DNA of 64,000 bases from Gammaproteobacteria bacterium (GTDB taxonomy: Bacteria; Pseudomonadota; Gammaproteobacteria; JABABF01): assembly GCA_965237805.1 (NCBI GenBank), contig OZ250153.1, positions 1 to 64,000 of the forward strand. The letters run 5' to 3'. Shown one piece after another: positions 10,459 to 20,099 of the stretch; the first letter of the stretch is position 1; each line of letters opens with the position of its first letter. The notes below the pieces were generated by a model that had not been told where the DNA came from, ran no database searches, and saw nothing but the letters and a program-made list of their open reading frames with translations. The position numbers and the translations under genes were made by a program.

Positions 10459-11571
10459 TTAATTTCTTTTCAGCAGAACAACGCGGTTGCTCAATGTGCC
10501 GCTTTTGTTGTTTTTAACACCCCAGCAATTGGATGTTTTGGTAAAGTGCTGTTGATTGATCAGCACGCGCTCGATTGAAAAGGGCAAGCCCGCCACGGCG
10601 TCGATGACTTCCCGCTCCAAGAGTATTTTGCCCCTGCGCACTTCGCCGACTTCGAAGGCGATGCGTCCGTCGGGCTTGATGACACGCGCAAACTCCTCAA
10701 AACAGCGGCGCACGAAGGCGCGCCACGAGGCGATATCGCGGTGGTGGTCGATGGCCACATCGCTGTTGGCGATACCGGCGAACCAGCAACGCATCCAGTT
10801 GTCCTGATGGTAGTCCACGATATCCATGAACGGCGGTGAGGTAATCAGCAGATCGACACTGCGCTCGGCGAGCCAGCCCAGCTGATGCGCAGGCGAACAC
10901 TCGGCTCTGGCCCGGCTCGTATAAGCGTCTGAGGGGCGGCCTGAGCGCAATAGGCTACGGCTCTTTTTGAGGACGATCTCCACACAGTCTTTTGGCTCTG
11001 GCGAGCGCTTGTATTTGCGGTTGATCGCGCGCTGCGATGCGATCGACACGCATTGGTTGGGCGGCATGGTTTTGACACTCAGAAAACCAGATGAATGTCC
11101 GGTCAAGCGGTTGATCAACACCATGCGGATCCAATCATCGCTAGCGTCCAAACAGCCACTGGCCTCGCGCTTGGCAAACCATCGCTTGTACGACAACAAG
11201 TTTTGCAATGTTTGCGGATGGAAAAAAACCAATAGCTCGTCGTCTGCCGCTGGCATGGCTGCCGTCATCGGGATTTCCGCCAAGCGTTGGCGCAGCGCGC
11301 TCAGTGGAGGGGGGCGCAGGCGCGGTCGCAACAACATGGCCGATAGCGGGTTGATATCGCTGCCGATGCCCACCCGATCCATCAAACCGGCCTGTAGTAC
11401 TGTGGTGCCTCGACCCATAAAGGGGTCGAATATGGTGTCGCCCGTGCGCGAATAACGCTCAATGAAGTATGCGGGCAGCTGTGGCTTGAAACAGGCGCGG
11501 TAGCTGATTTCGTGCAGGCTGTGAGCTTGGCGTTGCCGCGCGGTCCAGAATGCGGCGGTCTGCACTGCCAT
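10459..11571 (-). CDS. orphan amino-type DNA methyltransferase (probably N4-cytosine)
   Basis: Motif I DPFMGRGTT before motif IV TSPPF; start ATG 11571 or TTG 11616. Confidence 0.85.
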   Translation of the reverse strand: MAVQTAAFWTARQRQAHSLHEISYRACFKPQLPAYFIERYSRTGDTIFDPFMGRGTTVLQAGLMDRVGIGSDINPLSAMLLRPRLRPPPLSALRQRLAEIPMTAAMPAADDELLVFFHPQTLQNLLSYKRWFAKREASGCLDASDDWIRMVLINRLTGHSSGFLSVKTMPPNQCVSIASQRAINRKYKRSPEPKDCVEIVLKKSRSLLRSGRPSDAYTSRARAECSPAHQLGWLAERSVDLLITSPPFMDIVDYHQDNWMRCWFAGIANSDVAIDHHRDIASWRAFVRRCFEEFARVIKPDGRIAFEVGEVRRGKILLEREVIDAVAGLPFSIERVLINQQHFTKTSNCWGVKNNKSGTLSNRVVLLKRN

Positions 11572-11616
11572 TGCGCTAGCAGCGCCTGGAGCTGGCAAAA
11601 GAGCTGGTGTTTTCAA

Positions 11617-14229
11617 CTAGGCGGCGGTTTCGATGTTCAGCGCTGCGATTTTGGCACCGGCTTGCTCTGCGCCAGCACGGAACTCGATCATTTGGTCAAA
11701 ATTTAAATAGCGGTACAAATCGTCGTGCCCCGGATCGCCAGGGCTCAGCGGCAACGTGGCCACCATTTCCCGGTACTGTTCGGGGGAGGGCAGCTGGCCG
11801 AGCATCGCCGTCACCGCCGACAGCTCGGCCGAGGCCAAATAGACATTGGCGTTGTGCCCCATGCGGTTGGGGAAATTGCGCGTCGAAGTCGAAACCACGG
11901 TGGCACCCTCCTGCACCCGCGCTTGGTTGCCCATGCACAGCGAGCAGCCGGGCACCTCGGTGCGGGCACCGATGCGCCCGAAGACGGCGTAGAGCCCCTC
12001 GTTGATCAACTGCTGTTGATCCATGCGTGTCGGCGGTGCGATCCACAGTCGTGTCGGCAGATTGCCACTCTCGTTCGTGTCCAATACCTTCGCTGCTGCC
12101 CGGTAGTGGCCGATGTTGGTCATACAGGAGCCGATAAAAACTTCGTCCACCTCATCACCCTTCACGGCGGACAGGGGGCGCACATCGTCGGGATCGTTGG
12201 GGCAGGCCAGTAGCGGCTCATCGATCTGCGCTAGATCGATGTCGATGACGGCGGCGTATTCGGCATCCTGGTCCGGGCGCATCAATTCGGGTGTTGCCAG
12301 CCACTGTTCCATTTTGCGTGCGCGCCGCTCCAAGCTGCGCACATCGTGGTAGCCCTCGTCGATCATCCAGCGCAGCAGCGTGACATTGGAGCGCAGATAT
12401 TCACTCACTGGTGCCTCGTCGAGCAACACGGTACAACCGGCGGATGAGCGCTCGGCCGAGGCATCGGAAAATTCAAAAGCTTGTTCGATTTTTAATTGTG
12501 CCAAGCCTTCGATTTCCAGAATTCGGCCAGAGAAAATATTTTTCTTGCCGCGCTTTTCCACTGTCAGCAGACCCTGTTGGATGGCGACATAGGGAATGGC
12601 GTGCACCAGATCGCGCAACGTGACCCCCGCCTGCACTTCGCCGCTGAATCGCACCAGTACCGATTCGGGCATGTCCAGCGGCATGACACCGGCAGTGGCG
12701 GCGAAGGCGACGAGGCCGGAGCCGGCCGGAAAGGACATGCCGATCGGAAAGCGTGTGTGCGAATCACCACCGGTGCCGATGGTATCGGGCAACAACATGC
12801 GGTTGAGCCACGAATGGATGATGCCGTCACCCGGTCGCAACGAGATGCCGCCCCGCGTCTGGATGAATTCGGGCAGGGTGTGCTGGGTTTCGATGTCAAC
12901 TGGTTTAGGATAGGCCACCGTGTGGCAGAAGGACTGCATCACCAGATCCGCAGAGAAGCCGATGCAGGCCAAATCTTTGAGTTCGCTACGTGTCATCGGT
13001 CCGGTGGTGTCCTGCGAGCCGATGGTGGTGACGCGTGGCTCGCAATAGCTGCCGGGCACCACCCCGTCGACGCCGCAGGCGCGACCGACCATTTTTTGTG
13101 CCAAGGTGTAGCCACCGCTGTGTTTTGGTGGCTGTGGGGGTTGGCGGAATAGTTCGCTGGGCTCCAAGCCCAGCGTCTCGCGGGCGCGGTTGCTGAGGTT
13201 GCGCCCGAGGATCAACTCGATGCGCCCGCCGGCGCGCACTTCGTCTAGCAACACCGGTGAGCGCAGCTCGAAGCGGCTCAGCACGCCACCGTTCTCGTCG
13301 CGCACTTCGCCGTCGTAGGGCAGGATTTCGATTACCGCACCGCTCTCGATTTTTTGCACATCGCATTCGATTGGCAGGGCACCGGCATCTTCGAGGGTGT
13401 TGAAAAAGATCGGCGCGATCTGGCCGCCGATGCACACGCCGCCGCGGCGTTTATTCGGCACCCCGCGGATGTCTTCGCCGATATGCCACACCACCGAATT
13501 GACAGCTGATTTTCGCGATGAGCCGGTGCCGACCACATCGCCGACGAAGACCAGCGGCAAGCCGCGCTCCTTCAGGGTGGCGATCTCTTGTAGCGCGCCG
13601 GGTTGAGTCACGCGGTACATGGCTTTGGCGTGCAGCGGGATATCGGGGCGCGACCATGCATCCTGCGCTGGCGAAAGATCGTCTGTGTTGGTCTCGCCAC
13701 TGACTTTGAACACTACCATCCGCAGGCTGCGCGGCACCTCCAGGCGCTGCTGGAACCACTCGCCCTGCGCCCAAGATTGCAGTAGCGCGGTGGCCTGAGC
13801 ACTGCCCGCCTTGGCGCGTTCGGCCACATCGTGGAAAGCATCGAATAGCAGCAGGGTGTGCTTGAGTTGTGCAACGGCGGCCGTGCTGATGGTGTCGTCG
13901 TCGGCCTCGAGCAACTCCACTAGCGGGGCGATGTTGTAGCCGCCCGCCATGCCGCCGAGCAGGGCGATGGCCGCGCCGATGTCGATCAGCGGTGAGCTGG
14001 CTTGGCCGCGGACGATGGCGGTCAAGAAAGCCGCTTTGACATAGGCTGCCTCGTCGACACCGGGCGGCACCCGCATCGTCAATAATTCCAGCAGGGCGGC
14101 GGGATCTTCACCGGTCGGCGGTGCTTTGAGCAGCTCGACCAATTCAGCGGTCGTGACAGCATCGAGTGGCTTGGGCGGCAGTTGTTCGGCGGCGCGCTCT
14201 GCCACATGTTCGCGGTAGCTTGTAAGCAT
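11617..14229 (-). CDS. acnB: aconitate hydratase B
   Basis: VPPGVDEAAYVKA, GETNTDDLSPA, SQDTTGPMT, IGSCMTN, GCSLCMGNQ. Confidence 0.97.
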   Translation of the reverse strand: MLTSYREHVAERAAEQLPPKPLDAVTTAELVELLKAPPTGEDPAALLELLTMRVPPGVDEAAYVKAAFLTAIVRGQASSPLIDIGAAIALLGGMAGGYNIAPLVELLEADDDTISTAAVAQLKHTLLLFDAFHDVAERAKAGSAQATALLQSWAQGEWFQQRLEVPRSLRMVVFKVSGETNTDDLSPAQDAWSRPDIPLHAKAMYRVTQPGALQEIATLKERGLPLVFVGDVVGTGSSRKSAVNSVVWHIGEDIRGVPNKRRGGVCIGGQIAPIFFNTLEDAGALPIECDVQKIESGAVIEILPYDGEVRDENGGVLSRFELRSPVLLDEVRAGGRIELILGRNLSNRARETLGLEPSELFRQPPQPPKHSGGYTLAQKMVGRACGVDGVVPGSYCEPRVTTIGSQDTTGPMTRSELKDLACIGFSADLVMQSFCHTVAYPKPVDIETQHTLPEFIQTRGGISLRPGDGIIHSWLNRMLLPDTIGTGGDSHTRFPIGMSFPAGSGLVAFAATAGVMPLDMPESVLVRFSGEVQAGVTLRDLVHAIPYVAIQQGLLTVEKRGKKNIFSGRILEIEGLAQLKIEQAFEFSDASAERSSAGCTVLLDEAPVSEYLRSNVTLLRWMIDEGYHDVRSLERRARKMEQWLATPELMRPDQDAEYAAVIDIDLAQIDEPLLACPNDPDDVRPLSAVKGDEVDEVFIGSCMTNIGHYRAAAKVLDTNESGNLPTRLWIAPPTRMDQQQLINEGLYAVFGRIGARTEVPGCSLCMGNQARVQEGATVVSTSTRNFPNRMGHNANVYLASAELSAVTAMLGQLPSPEQYREMVATLPLSPGDPGHDDLYRYLNFDQMIEFRAGAEQAGAKIAALNIETAA

Positions 14230-14334
14230 CGACCTACACCGCATCACTACAGGAGTCCGCTAATTATAGCCCGTACTGCCACGGCACTCCGCCATACGCT
14301 ACACTGCTGTTGGCAGTTCGATGGGGTCGCAGTG

Positions 14335-14799
14335 ATGACGGGGCACAGTGACAGTGAGGTAGCGGTGCCGACTCCTTGCATCGGCGTCTGCTCTTCGACC
14401 ACGCTCGGCGATCCGGTCTGCCGAGGTTGCAAACGCTTCGCCAGCGAGGTGCAGGCTTGGATAGGTTATAGCGAGGCCAAGAAGCACAGTGTCGAGCGGC
14501 GCCTGCAGCAGCTATTGATCCGCGCCAGCCACGATAAATTCATTGTCCACGATCCCGATCTTCTGCGCAGCTATCTGAGCACCCGCGGCCTCGGTCGCAG
14601 TTTGCACCGACCGCCGTTGTGCTGGGTGCACGAGCTGTGGCGCGATGTCAGCGTGGAGTCCTTGGAGAACACCGGTGTCGAGCCGCTGGCGGCATGGGCC
14701 GATTACCCAACACGCTCGACCCTAGACGCGCTACACATGGATTTTCTGCGCCTCTCGCAGGCTTATCAGCAGCGCCGCTTGCGCGACAGCACGGTTTGA
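14335..14799 (+). CDS. DUF1289 family protein
   Basis: TPCIGVCS...GDPVCRGCKRF..EV..W; divergent from acnB as in pseudomonads. Confidence 0.85.
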   Translation: MTGHSDSEVAVPTPCIGVCSSTTLGDPVCRGCKRFASEVQAWIGYSEAKKHSVERRLQQLLIRASHDKFIVHDPDLLRSYLSTRGLGRSLHRPPLCWVHELWRDVSVESLENTGVEPLAAWADYPTRSTLDALHMDFLRLSQAYQQRRLRDSTV

Positions 14800-14838
14800 C
14801 TGGGCGCGCCGCTTGGTGGCGCGACTGTTCTGAGCCGC

Positions 14839-15615
14839 CTAGAGCAGCTGCGTTGTGCGCTCGAGTTGCCAGCTGCTGTCGGCGTAGCGCAGATAGCGTA
14901 TCGGTTGCGCTGCGTCCCAAGCGCCGAGCACGACTCGGCGCCCACCGCCGGGCTCTAGGCGGTGCACCGCCGGGCGGTGGGTGTGCCCGTGCACGATGTG
15001 TTCTGCACTGTGTTCGCGCAACAGCTCGGACACCACCCGTTGCGAGACGATGTCGCGATCGTCGTCGCCACCGCCCGCCCCAGCTGCGTCGTGCTCGCGC
15101 TGCTGGCGATTGTTGATACTGCGGTCGCGCAGGGCGGTGCCGATGCGGTCGCGCCAGCGTCGGGGCAGGCGGGAAAACAAGGCGCGGTGACCGGGATGGC
15201 GGCTCCAGCGGCGCCAGCGCAGATAGGCGTGGGCACGGTCGCACAGGGTATCGCCGTGGCACAGCACGACGCGCTCTTCGCCGAGTGCGATGACGGATGG
15301 GTCGGACAGCAGCGCGGCACCGACCGCATCGGCGAAATCTTGGCCGATCATGAAATCGCGGTTGCCACCCATCAACCACAGCCGCGTGCCGCCCTCGACC
15401 AGCCCGCGCATTGCGGCGACGATGCGGTTGACAAAGGCGTCGTTTTGGTCGTCGCCGACCCAGACATCGAATAAGTCGCCGAGGATAAAAAGATCGTTCG
15501 CCGTCCGCGCTTCGCAGCTCAGAAAATCTTCAAACGCCGTGATGATCGACGCCCGCTCTGGCGACAAATGCAGGTCGGATATGAACAGGGCGTTGTCGGT
15601 GGCGTGCATACGCAT
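14839..15615 (-). CDS. lpxH: UDP-2,3-diacylglucosamine diphosphatase
   Basis: FISDLHL, ILGDLFDVWVGDD, GNRDF, HGDTLC, HGHTHRP, VLGAW. Confidence 0.93.
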   Translation of the reverse strand: MRMHATDNALFISDLHLSPERASIITAFEDFLSCEARTANDLFILGDLFDVWVGDDQNDAFVNRIVAAMRGLVEGGTRLWLMGGNRDFMIGQDFADAVGAALLSDPSVIALGEERVVLCHGDTLCDRAHAYLRWRRWSRHPGHRALFSRLPRRWRDRIGTALRDRSINNRQQREHDAAGAGGGDDDRDIVSQRVVSELLREHSAEHIVHGHTHRPAVHRLEPGGGRRVVLGAWDAAQPIRYLRYADSSWQLERTTQLL

Positions 15616-15685
15616 TCCCAAAAAGTCCAACAATGCTGTGTCTTATACTATCAGTTTAGAGCGCCGATCGCCATGCTGAGTCACG

Positions 15686-17365
15686 ATGAGTCAAGCAGCT
15701 AAAGGTGCCTCTGGCGGCGACAATTTCCTACGCCGACGCCTGCGTCGTGAATTGGCTGATGGTGGGCAGCTGGTGACCCGCTTCCCACCGGAGCCCAATG
15801 GCCGTCTGCACATCGGTCACGCACGTGCGATTTGCCTGAATTTTGATGTGGCCGAGGAATTCGGCGGGCATTGCAATCTGCGCCTCGACGATACCAACCC
15901 GCGGAGCGCCAGTCGCGAGCACGGCGAGAATATCGCGGCCGATGTGCGCTGGCTCGGCTATCGCTGGTCTGGGGAGCTGCGCCACACTTCCGATTATTTT
16001 GATCGCCTGCGCGATTGTGCCGAACAATTGATCCGTGCCCGGCGCGCCTATGTCTGCTCGCTATCACTCGAAGAGATACGCAGTCAGCGTGGCAGCTTGC
16101 ATGAGCCGGGGCGCGACAGCCCGTACCGGGAGCGCGACCCGGAAGACAGTCTGCGCCTATTCGACGATATGTGCGCCGGGCGCAGCTCGGAAGGCGCGGC
16201 GGTCTTGCGTGCGCACATCGATATGCGGGCACCCAATTTGCAGCTGCGCGATCCGATTCTCTACCGCATCCGACACAGCGAGCACTGGCGCAGTGGCACC
16301 CGTTGGTATTGTTATCCGACCTATGATTTCTCCCATTGCTTGGCAGATTATTTCGAAGGTGTCAGTCACTCCCTGTGCACTTTGGAATTTGCGGAACACC
16401 GACCGTTCTATGACTGGTTGCTCGACGCGCTGGAATTGCCACCGCCACGCCCGCATCAGATCGAATTTGGCAAGTTGACGCTGAGCCACACGCTGAACAG
16501 CAAACGCCGCCTGCAACGCTTGGTGTCCGGGGGCGTGGTCAGCGGTTGGGACGATCCGCGGCTGACGACTTTGGCTGGATTGCGCCGCCGCGGCTATACC
16601 CCGTCCTCGATCCGCGCTTTCTGCCGCGCCGCTGGCATCGCCCGCAACGAGGGTATCGTCGATATGGCCGTGCTGGAGCATGGCATCCGAGACGAATTGA
16701 ACCAGTCTGCCCCGCGCGCGATGTGCGTGCTGCGCCCACTGCGCCTGCGCATCGAAAATCACCCCGGCGGCGAGGAGTGTTTGACCCTGCCAGTGCACCC
16801 ACAGCAACCGGAGCGGGGACAGCGCGAGCTACCCTTCAGTGGCGAGTTGTACATCGACCGCGAGGATTTCAGTAGCGCGCCGCCCAAGGGCTTCAAACGG
16901 CTTTCGCCCGGCCGTTGCGTGCGCCTGCGGGGTGCCTATGTCATCCGCTGCGATGCGGTCGAGTACGATGCCGACGGCGAGCCGATCTTGTTGCGTTGCA
17001 GCTACGATGCTGCCACTTTGGGCACCAAGCCGGACTACGCTGTCGGTGGAGTGATCCACTGGGTGCCTGAGCTGGCGGCGGTGGCGGTGGAAGTGCGCCT
17101 TTACGATCGCCTGTTCACGGTGCCAGATCCGGCCGCCGCCCCGGATGATTCCTTGCTCGATTTGATCAACCCCGGCTCGCTGAGCTGCTTGCCCGGCGCG
17201 TTGGCCGAGCCGGCGGTCGCGGCAGCGTGCGCTGGCGAGCATTTCCAATTCGAGCGCTGCGGCTATTTTTGCGCCGATCCAGACAGCCGCCCAAGCGCGC
17301 TGGTATTCAACCGCACTGTCGCCCTGCGCGACAGCTGGACAGCCACCGGCGGGGGTGGGCGATGA
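15686..17365 (+). CDS. glnS: glutamine--tRNA ligase
   Basis: TRFPPEPNG.LHIGH, HSLCTLEF, GWDDPR, FQFER.GYF, FNRTV.LRDSW. Confidence 0.96.
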   Translation: MSQAAKGASGGDNFLRRRLRRELADGGQLVTRFPPEPNGRLHIGHARAICLNFDVAEEFGGHCNLRLDDTNPRSASREHGENIAADVRWLGYRWSGELRHTSDYFDRLRDCAEQLIRARRAYVCSLSLEEIRSQRGSLHEPGRDSPYRERDPEDSLRLFDDMCAGRSSEGAAVLRAHIDMRAPNLQLRDPILYRIRHSEHWRSGTRWYCYPTYDFSHCLADYFEGVSHSLCTLEFAEHRPFYDWLLDALELPPPRPHQIEFGKLTLSHTLNSKRRLQRLVSGGVVSGWDDPRLTTLAGLRRRGYTPSSIRAFCRAAGIARNEGIVDMAVLEHGIRDELNQSAPRAMCVLRPLRLRIENHPGGEECLTLPVHPQQPERGQRELPFSGELYIDREDFSSAPPKGFKRLSPGRCVRLRGAYVIRCDAVEYDADGEPILLRCSYDAATLGTKPDYAVGGVIHWVPELAAVAVEVRLYDRLFTVPDPAAAPDDSLLDLINPGSLSCLPGALAEPAVAAACAGEHFQFERCGYFCADPDSRPSALVFNRTVALRDSWTATGGGGR

Positions 17366-18777
17366 GCGCTGAGTCGCTGCCCATCTACCTGCACAACAGC
17401 ATGGGGCGGCGCACTGAGCGTTTGGCACCCTTGTCGCCCGGGCGCATCGGGCTCTATGTCTGCGGTGTCACCGTCTACGACCGCTGCCATCTGGGACATG
17501 CCCGTGTGATGGTGTTGTTCGACGCTTTGGTGCGTTTTTTGCGTCAGCAAGATTACACCGTCAACTATGTGCGCAACATCACCGACATTGATGACCGCAT
17601 TCTGGAGCGTGCCGCTGCCGCCCAAGAGCCGTGGCAAGCGCTGGCTCAGCGCTACATCGACGCCGCCGCCGAGGACGAGCAGCGGCTCGGCCTGCTGGTG
17701 CCGGATCAGATGCCGCGTGCGACCCACAACATGCCGCAGATCATCGCTATGATCGAGCGCCTATTCGCCAGCGGTCATGCCTACCGAGCCGACAACGGCG
17801 ATATTTATTTTGCGGTCGAGCGCAGTTTGAGCTATGGCCGCCTCTCCGGTCGCCGCCCAGATGAATTGCTGGCTGGCGCACGTGTCGCCATCGAGAAGGC
17901 CAAGCGCGACCCGCGCGACTTCGCGCTGTGGAAGAGCGTTGGGAATGATGCAGCTCAGGTCGGCTGGGATTCACCGTGGGGGCGCGGGCGTCCCGGTTGG
18001 CATATCGAGTGCTCGGCCATGTCCACGGCCTGTTTGGGCGCTAGTTTCGACATCCATGGCGGCGGGCCAGATCTGTTGTTTCCACACCATGAGAACGAGA
18101 TCGCCCAGTCCGAGGCGGCCACCGGAAAGGTCTTCGCCAAGCATTGGATCCATGTCGGTCCGGTGCAAGCTGGCGCAGATAAAATGTCTAAGTCATTAGG
18201 CAATTTCTATACGATTCATGAAGCTTTAGATAAGCATGGCTCGGAGCTGGTGCGCTGGTGGCTACTGTCCGGGCACTACCGCAGTCCGCTGGACTATGTG
18301 GACGGCGCACTGAGCGCTGAACGCGCTTCCTTGCAGCGTCTCTACAACGCCTTGGAGCGGGCACCGGCAGCGCAGCCAGCACCGCTGGATGCACAAGAGC
18401 CGTGGACGCGGCTTTTCCTCGCCGCGTTGGCGGACGACTTCAATGTGCCCGAGGCGCGGGCGGTGCTATTCGGCTTGGCGCGCTCACTCAATCGCGCCAG
18501 CGGCGGGGAGCTGCTCCGGCAGGCGTGCGTGCTGCGTTCGCTCGGTGCCGTGCTCGGCTTGCTCGGCGACGATCCGGTGGCATTCCGGCACCGGAGCAGG
18601 GCGGAGGGGCAGCTGTCGGAGGAGGAGATTGCGGAGCTGTTGGCGGCGCGTCGCCGAGCGCGGGAGGCGGGCGACTATGCTGCCGCCGATGCCATACGCG
18701 AGCAGTTGGCTGGGCGGGGTGTGAGCGTGGAAGATGGTGCCGGGGAGACGCGCTGGCGGCGTGCGGAGCCGGGCTGA
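17362..18777 (+). CDS. cysS: cysteine--tRNA ligase
   Basis: YVCGVTVYD.CHLGH, GRPGWHIECSAM, FPHHENE, KMSKSLGN. Confidence 0.97.
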   Translation: MSAESLPIYLHNSMGRRTERLAPLSPGRIGLYVCGVTVYDRCHLGHARVMVLFDALVRFLRQQDYTVNYVRNITDIDDRILERAAAAQEPWQALAQRYIDAAAEDEQRLGLLVPDQMPRATHNMPQIIAMIERLFASGHAYRADNGDIYFAVERSLSYGRLSGRRPDELLAGARVAIEKAKRDPRDFALWKSVGNDAAQVGWDSPWGRGRPGWHIECSAMSTACLGASFDIHGGGPDLLFPHHENEIAQSEAATGKVFAKHWIHVGPVQAGADKMSKSLGNFYTIHEALDKHGSELVRWWLLSGHYRSPLDYVDGALSAERASLQRLYNALERAPAAQPAPLDAQEPWTRLFLAALADDFNVPEARAVLFGLARSLNRASGGELLRQACVLRSLGAVLGLLGDDPVAFRHRSRAEGQLSEEEIAELLAARRRAREAGDYAAADAIREQLAGRGVSVEDGAGETRWRRAEPG

Positions 18778-18795
18778 GCCTCAGCCTTCAGGCCG

Positions 18796-19665
18796 CTATG
18801 CCATGCACTCCTCGGCATAGCGCTCGGCGGCGGCCACTGTCTGGTCGAGCAGGGTATTGATGGTCATCGGGCCGACGCCGCCGGGCACCGGCGTGTAGGC
18901 GGAGGCGATCTCGGGCAGCTGCTCGGCCGCCACATCGCCGCAACGCTCCGCCGGGTGGTAGCCAGCGTCTATCACCACTGCGCCGGGTTTGATCCAATCG
19001 CTTTGCACAAAGCGTGGCTGCCCCACGGCGGCGACTAGCACATCGGCTTGCCGAGCTTGCTCAGGCAGATCCCGCGTGCGGCTATGACAGATGGTGACGG
19101 TGGCATTTTTGTTGAGTAGCATCATCGCCATCGGTTTGCCGAGTATGGGGCTGCGCCCCAGTACCACCGCGTGGCGACCGGTGAGTTCGATGTTGTAGTG
19201 CGCCAACAGCTGCATGATGCCGGTCGGTGTCGCCGAGCCCCAAGCCGGGCAAGCCATCGCCATGCGTCCGTAGCCGTGGCAGCTGACCCCGTCCACATCT
19301 TTGTCCAAGGCGATGGCATCGAAACAGCGGCGCTCGTCGATGCCAGCTGGCACTGGATGCTGCAACAAGATGCCGCGCACCTCATCGTCCTCGTTCAGCG
19401 CCTCGATTTGAGCGAGCAAGGATTCGGTGCTGGTTGCGGTGGGCAGGCGCAGTGTGCGCGGCTCAATGCCGACCCGTTGGCAGGCCTCTTCTTTCATGCG
19501 TACATAGGTTTGGGAGGCGGGGTCGTCGCCGACCAAGACCGCTGCCAGCACTGGCCTCGGTGCGCGCTGGCAAAGCGCTGCCACGCGTGCGACGAGCTGC
19601 TGTTCGCGGCGGGCTGCCAGCGCCTTGCCGTCCAGTGCCAAGGCTACATCCTTCGCCGTCACCAA
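18796..19665 (-). CDS. folD: methylenetetrahydrofolate dehydrogenase/cyclohydrolase
   Basis: [30 protein letters not shown]. Confidence 0.96.
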   Translation of the reverse strand: MVTAKDVALALDGKALAARREQQLVARVAALCQRAPRPVLAAVLVGDDPASQTYVRMKEEACQRVGIEPRTLRLPTATSTESLLAQIEALNEDDEVRGILLQHPVPAGIDERRCFDAIALDKDVDGVSCHGYGRMAMACPAWGSATPTGIMQLLAHYNIELTGRHAVVLGRSPILGKPMAMMLLNKNATVTICHSRTRDLPEQARQADVLVAAVGQPRFVQSDWIKPGAVVIDAGYHPAERCGDVAAEQLPEIASAYTPVPGGVGPMTINTLLDQTVAAAERYAEECMA

Positions 19666-19737
19666 TTGCCTCCGAATAGCGCAAGCCAGTCATTTTGGCA
19701 CAACGTGCTATCAGTTACAATGGCATGGCCTCGCTGC

Positions 19738-19811
19738 CGGGGCATAGCGCAATCTGGTAGCGCGCCTGCTTTGGGAGCAGGAGGTTGGGAGTTCAAATCT
19801 CCCTGCCCCGA
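19738..19811 (+). tRNA. tRNA-Pro(UGG); CCA not encoded
   Basis: Cloverleaf; anticodon arm CCTGC-TTTGGGA-GCAGG; TTCAAATC T-loop. Confidence 0.95.
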
Positions 19812-19855
19812 TCTTTGTCTGAGCGGCTCGGGATGGCGGCATTTGTCGGTCCTCA

Positions 19856-19930
19856 GCGCCCGTAGCTCAAGCGGGATAGAGCAGCGACCTTCTAAGTCGC
19901 GGGTTGCAGGTTCGAGTCCTGCCGGGCGCG
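19856..19930 (+). tRNA. tRNA-Arg(UCU); CCA not encoded
   Basis: Anticodon arm GCGAC-CTTCTAA-GTCGC; GGTTCGAGTCC. Confidence 0.95.
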
Positions 19931-19994
19931 CGTCGAGGTGTCGCGCTTGAGAGTTGTGCAGGGTCTTCGGCGTACGGATAATAATGAGAATACT

Positions 19995-20071
19995 GGTGGG
20001 CGTAGCTCAGTTGGTAGAGCTCCGGATTGTGGCTCCGGTGGTCGTGGGTTCGATCCCCATCGCTCACCCCA
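19995..20071 (+). tRNA. tRNA-His(GUG) with G-1 and CCA
   Basis: Anticodon arm CCGGA-TTGTGGC-TCCGG; ends CACCCCA. Confidence 0.95.
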
Positions 20072-20099
20072 GTCCTCGCCGTGGCATGTGCGGCTGCGT

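Noticed and set aside
18772-18786. Inverted repeat GGCTGA-GCC-TCAGCC between converging cysS and folD as a terminator
   Set aside because: Short stem with no U-tract on either strand; too weak to call
19938-20099. MBL ORF extension through tRNA-His, and likewise thrS through tRNA-Val (43176-43250)
   Set aside because: Good ATG starts exist right after the tRNAs (20100, 43251), unlike the DUF3604 case
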